This document shows, piece by piece, positions 1 to 12,903 of a stretch of 64,000 bases of DNA. This stretch comes from Octopus sinensis. Taxonomy: Eukaryota. Made by a program: the position numbers and the translations under genes. Where the stretch lies: the NCBI RefSeq assembly GCF_006345805.1, contig NC_043016.1, forward strand, positions 2,046,001 through 2,110,000, given 5' to 3'. Below the pieces are notes generated by a model. That model was not told where the DNA came from. It saw nothing but the letters and a program-made list of their open reading frames with translations, and did no database searches. Every line of letters starts with the position of its first letter. Position 1 is the stretch's first letter.

Positions 1-848
1 AAAAAAAAGAGGGAAAAAACACATCAGTAAGCTATTTTAACCGACTGTGATTACCGCGTATATGATGAAGGGGAACGCTAGCAAGTTATTTTTTCAAAAA
101 CCGTTTATAGATTTAAGGTCAAAGGTAATTTAGAGAAAGAGAAGGAGAAAGAAAGAAATTAACAGAAAATTAAGTGTGAGAGATGAATAGGAATAAAGCT
201 TAAAGGCGGGAAAATAGATGTCTGTAGTGGAAATGAAACGGAAGAAGACAGTTAAAGGTAGAATTTTATAGATTGGTGGAAATTACTTACAGGAACTAAA
301 TGTATGTTTTTGCCAATGTTTGCAACGATAAATGCGTTCTTTATTCACCGAGAAAAAGATGAGAAATTGTCTTTCCTTGCGGAGCGAACCAAAAGAGTTA
401 GCTTTTGTCATATTTTCTGTTAATTTCTTTCTTTCTTTCTTTCTTTCTCTTTCTTCTCTTTCTCTAAATTACCTTTGACATTAAATCTATTAACGGTTTT
501 TAAAAAAATAACTTACCAGCGTTCCCCTTCATCAAATATGCAATAATCATAAAAAAATAAATGCGCCCTTTCAAAGCCTAGCCAGGCTCATGGCCCCGGT
601 TTCCTGGTTTCTATGGCGTGTGTGTTCCCCATCGCAGCGTTGCTAATTTTTGCCAACTGAGTGGACTGGAGCAACGTGAAATGAAGTGTTTTGTTCAAGA
701 ATACAACGCGTTGCCCGGTCCAGGAATCGAAACCACAATCTTACGATCAGGATGCTGACACCCTAACAACTAAGCCACCCGCCTCCACGCGCGATAATTA
801 TAATCGGTTAAAATGGCTTATTGATGTGTTTTTTTTTTCCTTTTTCTT
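1..848. mobile_element. MITE-like element with long terminal inverted repeats; right arm interrupted by a SINE; left end may run off the window
   Basis: 1-170 is the imperfect reverse complement of 413-550 plus 789-848 (e.g. GATGAAGGGGAACGCT vs AGCGTTCCCCTTCATC). No ORF in the interior. Confidence 0.65.
550..788 (-). mobile_element. tRNA-derived SINE
   Basis: Minus strand has A-box-like TGGCTTAGTTGTTAG and B-box-like GTTTCGATTCC, then a central domain shared with the SINEs at 32905 and 46309, then an A/T tail. Confidence 0.8.
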
Positions 849-1152
849 TGACCTGACGAGATGATTGAATTGTCTTACATCATTTTATTCCCTCCGGAAT
901 AATCTCAATGTCTTCTTCAAAACATAAGTTGGAAGTATAAATGATTTGAATAACACCTGCGTTTGACTCCATGTCTTCATTTAGTCATGTTATATAAAAA
1001 ACATTTCACTAAACACTGGAATTTCTACCTTTATGAATAGGGTGTAATATCCTTGGCACTTATGCGAATTTTTGCTTCCCTGCTATTTAATTTTTTTTCC
1101 GTGTTATTTGTACACATTGAAAAAATACACATACATTTATGCATAACTATAA

Positions 1153-1183
<31 letters not shown>

Positions 1184-1229
1184 AATATAAATATATATAT
1201 ATATAAATATATATATGATGATTGATAAT

Positions 1230-2060
1230 CCGAAACTCTTAAAAAAACTAGTGCAGTCGTTTCTTAAGTATTTCTAGTCTTCTGTTATATTCTTAACTAA
1301 AAATGAAGCTAAAGATATTATGCTTGATTACTATCTAGAAGATAAAACCGAACGTTTTACTCCTATTAGAACTAGAATTACGATTAAGGACCATAAAGAT
1401 AATTTCCCTATTAATACGCAAGTTAGATTAATCTATCCTAGCAAATCAGACTTAGGTAAATTAAGTAAATTAATCCTTGATAAATATTTACCCACTATTA
1501 GAAATAAAATCAAGATTAATCTATGGAAGAATACACAGGGTGCATTGGATTGGTTCTCTGGTATTAAGGTAAATAACGTTAGTAACCATAAATTTATCCA
1601 ATTCAATATCCAAAATTATTACTCTTCTATTAATCCTATACTTCTTAACCAAGCTTTAATTTTTGCTAGAAGATACACCAACACTAGCATGAAGGAAATC
1701 AAGGTTATTTTGACAGCAAAAAAAAACGGTTATAGAATTGGATAACAAATTATGGGCTAGGAAGAATACGCCAGATTTATTTGACATTACAATGGGTTCG
1801 CCGGATTCAGCGGAAACGACTGATTTAGTAGGGATTTATTTACTAGATAATCTAAGTAGAGAATGGCGGCCTATATAGAGACGACGCTTTGTTTTTAGTT
1901 AAGAATACATCTGACAGAAGACTAGAAATACTTAAGAAACGACTGCACAATTTTTTTAAGATTTTCGGATTATCAATCACTATTGAAAATGAGAATTACT
2001 CTGTTAATTACCTAGATGTTAATTGTAACCTCAATAATGGAATTCATGAACCTATATATA
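1230..2060 (+). mobile_element. Penelope-like element reverse transcriptase fragment (pseudogenised)
   Basis: ORFs 1320-1745 and 1889-2149 plus the intervening frames give RLIYPSKSDLGKLSK, FIQFNIQNYYSSI, LFDITMGSPDSAETTDLVG, GLYRDD and VNYLDV, which match PLE RT motifs. Confidence 0.85.
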
Positions 2061-2089
2061 CGAGTGTGTGTGTGTGTATACAACGTGAT

Positions 2090-2226
2090 TATTTCCGCTT
2101 CTGTCTACCAACATTTAATCACGGTGCTTTAGTCAAGCCGGTGCTATAGAGGACACTCGTCCTCTATGCAGTGAGGATGAACGTGGAGCTAGTCGGTTGG
2201 GATACGACTCCTTATCATACAGCCAA
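2090..2226 (-). mobile_element. Degenerate 5' half of the major SINE family
   Basis: Diverged reverse complement of the head of the SINEs at 19376, 45403 and 62353. Confidence 0.55.
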
Positions 2227-2659
2227 CCTGCGCGCATTTATTTATTTATTTATTTATTCGCTTCTTTGTTTGTTTGTTTTTTAGTATTGTTCGGCTGAAG
2301 TAGCAGAGCGATCAAGGGTCTAGAGTTTTGTGTATTGGCACGATCATATGCAAAGACAAAAATTGTGGCCGATTTTTACCGATTGTTAATAATTACATAG
2401 ATGTGTCAATTCTATTTTACTGTTTATATTACACATACACACACACACACACACATACGCACACTCATATACAATACACACACACACTCTCTCACTCTCT
2501 CTCTCTCGCATGTCTATGTGTGTGTATATTTCTCTAGCCATTTTTTGGTCAGCCTCTCGCTTACATGCACCCACATACACATACATAAATCTCTTTCTCT
2601 CTCTCTCTCTTTCCTTTTCTCTCACTCTCTCTCCCACACTCTCTCTCTTTCTCTCTCAA

Positions 2660-2895
2660 TGAATATATATTGTATGTCCAGAACAAAGTATGAATGAACT
2701 CGGTTTGTTTTGGAGAGAATGGAATCCTTTATTCATATACTTCAAAGGATCACCAAATCTGGAACTGTAAATTTCTGTAAGAGCTCAACATTTAAACGAT
2801 TACGGCTATATCAAGACACCTTCTTTCACAAACTTCCTACCAAATCGGTGGCCAGATAAAATTTAGCCTAAATTAGAAAGAGAAAGTGAACAGCG

Positions 2896-2937
<42 letters not shown>

Positions 2938-4540
2938 TACATACATACATACATGCATACATGCGTTTGTTTTTAATCTTTTACTAGTTTCTGATTTCGG
3001 ATTGTAGCCATGTGACTGCGAAAGCGAGCTGAACTCCAAATCCATACAGTCCAGAGAGTACAAGTAACATGCATGGGCGCTGCTATTGCATAGATGTGGC
3101 TCAGCCAATTCCATCAACTCATCTACTTGGTTTGGTATTTACGTTATAAACATCGAAAATGAAAAATCAAAGATTATTTTGTCACAATTTAACTTGAAAT
3201 AACTAAAGTATATACCACGAAGTGAAAACATTATTCATGCAGAATACTCAAATTCAATATGTGTGTGTGCGTGTGTGTATGTCTGTGTGTATGTATATAT
3301 GGGTGTGTGCGTGTGTATAAAGGTAGGGAAGTCTGGAGCTAAAATAGCTAAAATTTGATCCCTATTTCCAACATGCGACTTAATACTACAAGCAAGGTAC
3401 GATTTGGAGTCTAAATTAGACACTCTCTACTAACAAAGAATTCCGTGTGTGCTGGGATTTAATGAGTATAAATGCAATATTTATTTAATTTCAAAATGTT
3501 AAAGATATTTTATCTTTATTCTTGAAATTATTTATGCGAAATATATCACAAAAGACCCAGAAATACAAAATTTAAGTGAAAATGAAATTCTACGCGCGGC
3601 TTTCATATTAAGTGAACTCACAATTCAGAATTCCAATCTCAAGAGTTGTATTATTTATACTAAAGTAGCACGCTGGGAATAAGCATGAAATTTCCTCATA
3701 AATTGACGCATCATTCTATGCTGATACGTTTACATACGCATATATACACATACGCACGGAAACACAACGCAAACATACACACACACATGCTCATACACAC
3801 ACGCATGTGTACATGCAAACAAATATATACACACATATACAAATATATGTGCATGTATACACATACACATATATTTGAGAGAATACTCCAGAAGTACAGT
3901 TCTATATTAAAGAGATGACGAATTCTGTTCATTATTTACATTATTTACATTCGACGGATATTTGAGAACCCAGGTTCGAAATTCCCACAAGACACCTGAA
4001 GAAGGCTGGAGGGTATATCAGCCGAAACGTTGGTTTAACAACAAACAAGATAAGAACAAATCCGTCTAATGTAAATAATGTAAATGATGTAAATAATGTA
4101 CTCCGGAAGTAGTTTTAATACCTGGAAATCGCATTTATTAAAATTATATTCCATTCGATTGAACCTCTTGATATGCAAAGAAAAACCATTCATCTGTATG
4201 ACAGTCCGGTGCGTAATACACTGTGATAGGCGTATATTAATAGTGTATTCCGGAAATTTTATAATGCAGACATAAAATATAACCACAGGATTCAATGAGT
4301 AATAATATTTCTTTCAAAACTATTATAAAAGAATAATACATTATCTGTCGTTCTCGAATTTTCTATATGACAAATTTTGCGGAAGTAATAAAACCTGAGT
4401 AGAAAAAAATAATTCCGCCAGCTGCTTTGATGCAAGTCGAACTCGGAATTTTAACAAACCAAGAATTCTACGATTTGCACCAAAGTAACTTGCTGGAAAG
4501 TGGCATGAAATCTGTTTGGATTCTCCCTCATTTGTCCTTC
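2660..4540. repeat. Copy of the local ~450/900-bp higher-order repeat block (possible decayed gene family)
   Basis: Colinear similarity with 11500-12385, 13745-14635, 15340-17895, 19965-20625 and 22240-23150. Confidence 0.75.
3928..4100 (+). mobile_element. Small inverted-repeat-bounded element carrying a minimal hammerhead motif (PLE-associated)
   Basis: Ends ATTATTTACATTATTTACATTCGACGGATA and ATCCGTCTAATGTAAATAATGTAAAT are inverted. Internal ACAC-CTGAAGA-A-GGCTG..CAGCC-GAAACGTT at 3992-4031. Confidence 0.7.
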
Positions 4541-4656
4541 CCATCAATGCCATTGCTCAACCAATTCTGAATGATCTTGATGTGAGTTCATCTGGGGAGT
4601 GGTGCATATCCAAACCGAAGAAGAGGCAGTGCAGTTCCTAACCAGGCGGGAAAGTT

Positions 4657-5265
4657 ATGACCACTAAACCCATTCCGATCGACCCCAAAGGCCTACATAA
4701 GTTTGATGGCTATGAAACCACCCTTTCTAAATTATCCGATGAAGAATCGAATGCCGCTGCTCATAGTAGAGAACAGAAAGACCATTTTGCCCACTCAAGA
4801 TCAGCAATCATTTATGGTAAAGCTGAATCCACCTGTGATACAGGCATCAACCGCCTAAAAGATGACATAAATTTTGTTTCCGTTTTAGTTGGAGAATTGT
4901 TCTCTGTCAACGAAAATGTCAGTATCCATAAGGTCGCTCGGCTAGGAAGATTCCAAGTGAACTCAACCTCAGACTCTAGATCACGCCCAATAAGAGTAAT
5001 ATTTTCTTCCGATCAGGAGGCTTCAACCTTTCTGAACAGAGCTCAGAAGCATGCCTGGGAGGACCCCAATATGGGTTTTCACGAGGAATACTCACTGAGA
5101 GAGAGAATTCGCCGGAGAAACCTAATATCCGGACTGAAGATGAGAAAACAGATAGGAGAGAAGGGTTTACGCATCGAAGATGAACAAATAATCAAGTCCT
5201 ACCTCTGGTCGCATGCTGTAGTGCTGACAGGGAAAGTGAATCGAGGGCGAATCGAAGTAAAGTAG
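4657..5265 (+). CDS. ORF1 (likely partial) of the CR1-type LINE
   Basis: 202-aa ORF directly upstream of the APE domain, with a VARLGRFQ..SRPIRVIF motif typical of CR1-group ORF1 proteins. Confidence 0.65.
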   Translation: MTTKPIPIDPKGLHKFDGYETTLSKLSDEESNAAAHSREQKDHFAHSRSAIIYGKAESTCDTGINRLKDDINFVSVLVGELFSVNENVSIHKVARLGRFQVNSTSDSRSRPIRVIFSSDQEASTFLNRAQKHAWEDPNMGFHEEYSLRERIRRRNLISGLKMRKQIGEKGLRIEDEQIIKSYLWSHAVVLTGKVNRGRIEVK

Positions 5266-5329
5266 ATACCCCCGTCAACGATGCTATCTCTGATACCCCT
5301 TATTATGCTTGTTCCTTAATTCCCGCTCC

Positions 5330-8088
5330 TCAAACTGCACAGCTCAGCATCGTCAATACCAACTCGTGCTCCTTATTTCCAAAGTTCAGCGAATTATTTA
5401 CACTGGCCATGCGTGATTCCCCAGATGTGATAGCTATCACCGAGACTTGGCTGACTCCAGCAGTAAAGGACTCGGAAATCCACCAAGAGGGCTACGCCCT
5501 CTTCAGACGTGATAGAGAAAAAAGGCGAGGTGGAGGTGTTGCTGTGTATGTTAAATCTGATCTCAAACTGTCCAGCGGTATTCTACTCACTAATGCTCAA
5601 CCTACAACAAAATTTGATGCCGTCTATTGCAAGCTGAGCCTATCCGGGTTTTGCCTGCCCGTGTTAGCTGTCTACAGGCCGCCTCTTGCCGGCCCCCAGG
5701 ACGATGCTCATTTACTCGAAGCGATAAGATTCATTTCAGCTTCTCATGACTGTTTGATATTAGGAGACTCCAACGCTCCCACGATCGACTGGCCCGCATC
5801 AATTTGTACATCATCTTCTCGTTTCGGCAAGGCCCTTCTTGACGTGGCTGAAGATTGTTTTCTATCGCAACATGTTGAATATCCGACAAGGCATAGGTCT
5901 GGGCAGCAGCGATCTATTCTGGATCTGGTATTCTCCCGCTATCCAAGATCAGTGTCAGGTTTATCTGTGTGCGCCCCTCTTGCCAAGAGTGATCATGCGG
6001 TCCTGAAGTTCGTCATGCACGCAACTTTTTCTACGCCCACGACTACTTCGCTGCAATCAATCTTGAAATTCTAACCGTGGCTTCCGCGCTTCTGGACTGG
6101 CGATCCCTGATGACGATGTCCTCGGTTGACGAACTATGGTCGTCCCTCAAAGCATATGTAATCTGGTTGACTGACCAAGCAGTTCCCGTTGGGCTTCCCA
6201 AGAAGAATAAACACAGGCCCTGGGTGACGAAGAAGGTTAAACGAGAACTTCGACTCAGAGATATTGCTTGGCCTGAATTCAAAATTCTAGATTCGACTGC
6301 AGCTTTTGAGGTGTACAAAACTCAACGAGACCGAGCTGTGAAAATTAAAAAGGAAGAACGCTTCAGATATGAATACAGAATCGCGGCAAACGCCAGTCGC
6401 AATCCAAAAACCTTCTTTGCCCATGTCCAACGGAATTCCCGCTTCAACAACCAAATTGCAACGTTGGCAGACTCAACAGGCGTATCGATTGAGGACCCTT
6501 ATCAACAGTCAGTTATTCGCCGAGGCTTTTTCAACTATTTTCAAACAAGATGATAGTTGTGAACCCCCTCCATTTGATAGATCGGTACATCCAATGCTTA
6601 GATTGGTCATCACGCGGGACGAAGTCGAACGCGTTATTCAAGGTCTCGATGTCAACAAGGGTCATGGCCCTGACGGCATACACCCACAGGTTATCAAAGC
6701 GTTGGCTCCGGTCATCTGCGAGCCTTTAACACTTCTATTCAATATGTCATTGGCGACGGGTGTTATACCTGCAGACTGGAGAACAGCGTTAATCTGCCCA
6801 ATTTTCAAGAAAGGGAGCCGCGAAGATCCGCTTAACTACCGACCGGTTTCCCTTACTTCAATAATCAGCAAGATGTTCGAAACCATCCTTAAGAAAAGTA
6901 TGTTGCTCCACCTCCAAAACACAGACTCTATCTCTGATTCCCAACACGGCTTCGTGCCGAAGAGATCATGCTTGACCAACTTACTGGTAATGGAAGAATT
7001 GGTGACGCCTATCCTCGATGATAGTGATGCTGTTGACATCGTTTATTGGACCTTGCCAAAGCTTTTGACTCGGTAAACCACCGCCTATTACTTGTCAAGC
7101 TTCAAGCATATAGTTTCCATCCAGTGCCTTCCTCTCAGATCGCTTCTTCCGAGTCCAAGTTAATGGTTCGCTGTCCGACGTCTCCAGTACGAGCAGTGGC
7201 GTGCCTCAATGTTCAGTGCTTGGGCCCTTATTGTTCTTAGTCTTCCTAAATGACTTTCCCGATTACCTCACGCAACACACCCTTCTATTTGCCGATGATG
7301 TCAAACTGGTCGCTCCTCGCGGTGATATAGAGGATCTTCGTCGATGCCTCCACCAAGTTTGGAGATGGTCTAACGAATGGGACCTGTGTCTGAAGGTGTC
7401 AAAGTGCTGTCATCTGCCTGTTGGCTCTTCTCCTGCAACTCAACTTGATTTCGAGCCGGGTCGTCTGCTGCTGGAGAAGACAGACCAGGTAAAAGACCTG
7501 GGTATCTTGGTGGATTCCTCCTTTTTGCCTTCGGCCCAGTGCGTCTATGCTGCCAACAAAGCCCGCGGAGTTCTGTTTTTGATTCGACGGTCATTCGGAA
7601 TGCTCACAGCAGCCATATTCCTACCGCTCTATGTCACGCTGGTGAGACCCATATTGGAATACGGGATTCAAGCCTCTTCTCCTTATCTCCTCAAAGACAT
7701 ACATCATCTCGAAAGAGTCCAGAAGCTGGCTACCCGCATGGTTCTTGATCTCAAGCATTTGTCTTATGAAGAAAGGCTGAAGACGCTCGACCTTTATTCT
7801 CTAGAAAAACGACGACGCCGTGGTGATCTCATTCTTGCTCACAACATCATAAGCGGAAAGTGTAACCTCTCGAAAGAGCTGTTCTTCACTCCTGCTCCAG
7901 AGCGTCGGCTGCGGGGTCACTCCGAAAAGCTCTATCTGCCACGATTTCATCTCAATCGAAGGAGAAGGGATTTCTCCGTCCGGATTACGGATCCGTGGAA
8001 TAAGCTGCCGGACGAGATAGTGAAGATGCCGACAACCGCTCGGTTCAAAGTCTCTCTTGACAAGAAATGGCCTGAACTCTTTGCATGA
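5330..8088 (+). pseudogene. ORF2 (APE endonuclease plus reverse transcriptase) broken by frameshifts near 6070, 6530, 7050 and 7200
   Basis: Consecutive ORFs 5409-6074, 6077-6553, 6369-7076, 7046-7240 and 7201-8088 tile one polyprotein. Confidence 0.88.
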
Positions 8089-8559
8089 ACACCCTCCCTG
8101 TACATAACTCCATGTCCCCCTACATGGCCTTGCTTTTTGCTTTTTGAGCCAAAAAATTAACTTAACTTAACTTAACATGCACACATTCTAAATGTATGTG
8201 AACCCGATCCCTGACTTTGTAGCCAATTTTGATCAAACTTAGCATGAGGAACCGTGGGTACCCGCGGAGTGCCAACATCTATACGGGACTCACAAAAATT
8301 AAACTGTCCAGTTCCACTCTCGTAAAATCCGATAAAACGAATTACCTCCCTCTCATACTATTCCTCTTGCGTACTGCCACTTTCTCATACAGAGAGCTGT
8401 AGTGTGAGGAGTGGTAACTGACAGAATTGCATACACAGTTACCTCTCATAACTCTCTCTCTCTCTCCCTCCTACATATTTACTGCTTCTCTTAAATCACT
8501 CTCACTTAACCCGTTGCACTCTCTTCCATGTCTTCATCGGCATTACTTTGATGTTACTC

Positions 8560-8660
<101 letters not shown>

Positions 8661-8879
8661 TTATGAGAGGTAACATTGTATGAGAGAGTGAGTTCAGTAC
8701 GTCATATATATATATATGTAAATATATATGACGTACTGAACTCACTCTATCTCTCTCTCACTCTCACACACACACATGCACACATACACACACACATTTA
8801 CTACTTCTCTTGATTCTTTCTGTCTTAACTGGTTGCTTTCTTTCAAATGTCTCTATCGGTGTTACTTTGAAAAAAGTGT

Positions 8880-9245
8880 GTTTTATGATACTGAATTGCT
8901 CTAAACGAATTTGACCATAAAAATGTTGAAAATTTAGTATTTTTTTAAAGATATTAATAAAATTTGTCGGACTTATTTTCATGCCGGGCTGCCGTCGGAA
9001 CTATTGTTATGCCTATTTACGTCGTTGCGTGTTTGAATGTTATTGAATGTATTTTCGTCTGATGTTTCACGCATACGAAGAAATCTGAAATAGCAGACGT
9101 AAAAAATATGAAAATTTCGAAAACTTTACGCATTCGACTGCAGGAAAATAGGTTCGACTACTTTTATTATTACCTTAAAAAATACTGAATATTCCGACAT
9201 GTTTATGGTCAAATTGGTATAGAGCAATTGAACGACATAAAAAGC
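8880..9245. mobile_element. MITE-like element with ~75-bp imperfect inverted repeats
   Basis: GAATTGCTCTAAACGAATTTGACCATAAAAATG (8892-8925) vs CATGTTTATGGTCAAATTGGTATAGAGCAATTG (9198-9230). Confidence 0.55.
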
Positions 9246-9499
9246 GAAATTTAAAACAGAGTTTAGCGAGAGTTATGTAATTGTAAATAAATAACCAAGT
9301 TATTACAATAAATACCGCGAAAACTTCCCGCTCAGAGGAATCAGCTCCATTGCTAGTTGAATCGTCACAAAACTTTCACTGTATAATTGTCGTAAATATT
9401 CGCGCTTTCATCAGTACACTATTCGCAGATAAAGAAAGGGCAAGAACTTGTTTCGAAAAAATTTCCGTTCACAAAAGATCGCTGAGCAAAGTCAACAGA

Positions 9500-10460
9500 C
9501 GCTAATTGAAGAGAACTGGCAAGGACCTAGCTCTAGTTAGTGTCTCGAAACAAGGCGAAATAAAGTGAATGCAAGAAACCCGTGCAATGGAAACACCAGA
9601 TGAAACTGAGACACGGAGAAATGCAGATTGGCTGAGGAGAGAGAAAGCTCATGCAATAGAAAGACCAGAAAAAACCGAAGCAAGGAGGAATGCGAATTGG
9701 ATGGGAACACAGAAAAGTCGTGCAATGGATTCACCACAAGAAGCGGAGGAATCCTGATCGACTGAGGAAACAGGATTCAAGGGAAAACCCGTCACTGCCA
9801 TAAATTCAACAGCGACAAGCAAACAAGCAGGTATGATAGCAATCGAGACTTTGTCAGCAAAGAACTGACACTGACAGAAAGGGCTATGGAAGTTGATGTC
9901 GCAGATTTTCATGAGGAAACGAAACCCATGCCTTATGTTGCAACATTTTTAACAGAACATATCTTGAGTGCAAAGCATACCTTTGGGGTGCTAAGAAAAC
10001 TTCCTTCTGCTGTGGTAAAGGAAAAACTAGCAACAACAAACTTCCACAGATAAAAAGCCCCTAAAATTAACAGCTAAATACTATGAAGTTAATCTATGCG
10101 GTCAAATGTTTCTGAACAAAATTCGTGATAATAATTTACTGGATAATCCTCCAGATGTAACACCAGATGGCAGCACTTTTATGCCTACTTTCAAGATTCA
10201 AGGAAAGTTGTACAACCGCATAGGAATTCTACCAACAGTAAATAGGAAACCAGTCTACGCACAGCTATATTTTGTTGACATTGAAAATGAGATAAGGAAC
10301 AGGTTGTCATTCAAAGGAGCGGACAGTGACCTTAATGAGAACGTTTTGCTATATTTGCAGAGAGCATTTCATATGCACAATCCATGTGTAAAAAGTTTTA
10401 AACAAGCTATTGATATAATTAATACTCTGCACCAGGAATATGTTCTACTGCTGTGTGTAT
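9500..10460 (+). mobile_element. Helitron Rep/helicase N-terminal fragment (decayed)
   Basis: Charged ETRR repeats (9569-9757), C..KAYLW....CCGKGK (~9965-10025), and FMPTFKIQGKLYNRIG..P.YAQLYF..LQRAFHMHNP.VKSFK in ORF 10106-10687. Confidence 0.8.
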
Positions 10461-10556
10461 CTACACACACACAAACAAACAAATATATTTATATATATGT
10501 ATATATATATATGTATATATATGTATATGTATGTGTATATATATATATATATATAT

Positions 10557-11270
10557 ATACAATTGCAGCGTGGAAGGTGTTTATAAGCCATTTAAGAAAC
10601 ACACAAAAACCGTTAGATTCACTTCACCATTTAAATTTGATTTGTCAAAATATTTTCGTCGCTTTCAGACCGCGACCTCTTCACTGACAAAACTCCGTGC
10701 TGCATCTGAGAAAGTAACAGTTAGTTCATGATATATATATGTACGTATGTATGTGTGTGTGTGTGTATGTCTGTCTGTATGTATGTATGTATTTATGTAC
10801 GTATGTATGTGTGTGTGTATGTACGTATGTATGTATGCATGTGTGTGTATGTATGTGTGTATGTATGTATGTATGTATGAATGTATGTGTGTATGTATGA
10901 ATGTATGTGTGTATGTATGTATGTGTGTACTTACGTATGTATGTGAGTATTTAGGAGAGTGTGTAGACGTGTTTGTGTGTGTGTACATGTGTATGTATAT
11001 GTGAACGTATGTTTCTGTAATGATATGTATCAGTTCAAGTTGTATACATGACTGTTACCTTGTTGAAGCTTGTATATATACACACTTATACATTTATATA
11101 GACAGACACACACATATATATATATGTGTGCGTTTGTCACTCTCACAATCGTCTAACGGTGAATTGATACAACGTCTTAGTTGCACATATAACCTTATAC
11201 ATATATACAAGTACACACAGTCATATAGACACTTACACATATAGATACTTATATATATATACGTATAAAA
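10557..11270. mobile_element. Partial copy of a non-coding, microsatellite-filled element with ~170-bp arms (same family as 37731-39000)
   Basis: 10557-10735 matches 37731-37905 directly. 10560-11260 is the reverse complement of 38130-39000. Confidence 0.8.
10641..10691 (-). ncRNA. Hammerhead-like motif, G3 core variant (copy 1)
   Basis: Minus strand TTTGTCA-GTGAAGA-G-GTCGC ggtctgaaa GCGAC-GAAA-ATAT-TT-TGACAAA. Confidence 0.45.
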
Positions 11271-11325
11271 CGGATATATATATATAAATATATATAAACA
11301 AGAAAAAAGCAACAAGAATGGATTA

Positions 11326-11422
11326 GTTTTTCAGTACAATTGTTTCATACGAAGACCAGCTTTATTAAAAGCTGCAAATATTGCAGCAAATACAAGTGTC
11401 CCGTACTCATCAGCCAAAACAC
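11326..11422 (-). ncRNA. Minimal type I hammerhead ribozyme motif
   Basis: Minus strand GTGTTTTGG-CTGATGA-GTACG..CGTAT-GAAAC-AATT-GTA-CTGAAAAAC, with complete core, palindromic stem III loop and a GUA site. Confidence 0.75.
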
Positions 11423-11499
11423 ATATGATTTCTCCAAGCATCCTAGGGGGTAAGGCTACACTCATGAAGTATCGAAGATAGTTCTATAAAAGGCAAATT

Positions 11500-12385
11500 T
11501 AGATTGAGAGCATTGTTAAAACAAACTATTAAAAGAAAATAATACATTATCCTTCATGCTTGAAATTATTATATATGAACTTTTAAAGGGCTAATAATGC
11601 TTGAATAGAAAAGAAATTTTAATAATTCCGCGAGCTACCTGGAAAACAACCGCACTCGGAATTACAACAATCCTACGACTGTCGCCAAAGTAGCTCGCTG
11701 GAAATTAGGATGAAATTTGTTTCATAAACCTATACACCTTTTCTGGTTTTGAGATACAACGCAATCGGTTTACCAATAGTTCCTTGAAATATTCACGGGT
11801 CTTGCTAGTTGAGTAATAATGAAATATCTATTTAATTTCAAAATATAATTAAAGATATTTTGCCATTTACTCCTGAAACATTTTATGCAAAATATATTTG
11901 AAAAGAAACAAATCTTAAGTGAAATAAAAGTTCTACGATCGAACTCACGATTTAAAGTTCAATTCTCGACAGTTGAAATATTTATATTAAAATAGAATGC
12001 TGGCGACTAGCAAGAAAATTTGCCTCATAAATCTGTTCACCATTCTACATTGATATGTTAACAGATGCACAGATATACACACAGACAAACAGCACAAACG
12101 TAAATGCACATGCTCAAATCACACGCACATGTACATGCTAACCAGCACATTCACTCATATACAAACATATAAAAATATATGCATATATATATATATATAC
12201 ACTCATATATTTGAGGCAATATTTCAGAATTAATTTTAATACCTAAAAGTTGTATTTATAGAGATTATATTCCGTTTGCTTGGCCTCCGTTATTTTAGTC
12301 TTGATATCATGAGCGCGAGATTCAATGACAGTTAATACCGTTTTTATTTCATTCAAAACTATTATAAAATATAGTACGTTATTAT
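11500..12385. repeat. Copy of the higher-order repeat block
   Basis: Near-colinear with 16370-17420; 11760-12060 closely matches 16600-16920. Confidence 0.8.
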
Positions 12386-12900
12386 TTACCGATGAGATTT
12401 GATATGTAGCTAGGACACTATAACGAAACCCGTCGAAAGGATAATCCCGACGACGAAGAAACAAGAACCTAGAATACGGTAGAAGCCGTAGCCACTCATA
12501 ATATAAAACGGATAGTGGTGGAATGTACCAGTGAAGACCTCAATAAAATGTAAGCGCATCAGACCTAATATAATGTTTTGGAATAGAGAAGGGAAAGTGG
12601 GCGCACTTGCAGAAATTAGCTGCTCAGTAGACGTTAACATAAAGTTGAAGATCAGTGACAAAGAGAACACTTACGTTGAACTATTGAGAAATCTGCAGTT
12701 ACTCTATCCAGATCGCAACTTCAGGTTTATACCTGTACATATTGCGGGCCATGTACACGTAACAACACTGCCTAAATACCTATCTTGAGAAATTAGGCTT
12801 CTCAACTAGAAAGCAGAAAACTAATTCCAAGACTACTGATCCAATCCATCACTGGAACTCGAAAATTATGTAACACTTTCCTGAAATTTATCATTTATAT
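12385..12900 (+). mobile_element. 3' fragment of an R2-group (R4/NeSL-like) non-LTR element, REL endonuclease region
   Basis: ORF 12531-12788 reads IRPNIMFWN..EISCSVDVNIKLKISDKENTYVELLRNLQLLYP..FIPV, a degenerate PD..(D/E)xxP..K..KY REL signature. Confidence 0.7.
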
Positions 12901-12903
12901 CTA

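Larger units (their letters stand above)
4560..8176 (+). mobile_element. CR1/L2-group non-LTR retrotransposon (ORF1 plus frameshifted APE-RT ORF2)
   Basis: APE motifs PDVIAITETWL, YRPP, GDSNAP, LDLVF, SDH. RT motifs GPDGIHP, YRPVSLTS, QHGF, DLAKAFD, QCSVLGPLLF, FADD. 3' tail of (CTTAA)n at 8157-8176. Markedly more GC-rich than the flanks. Confidence 0.92.
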
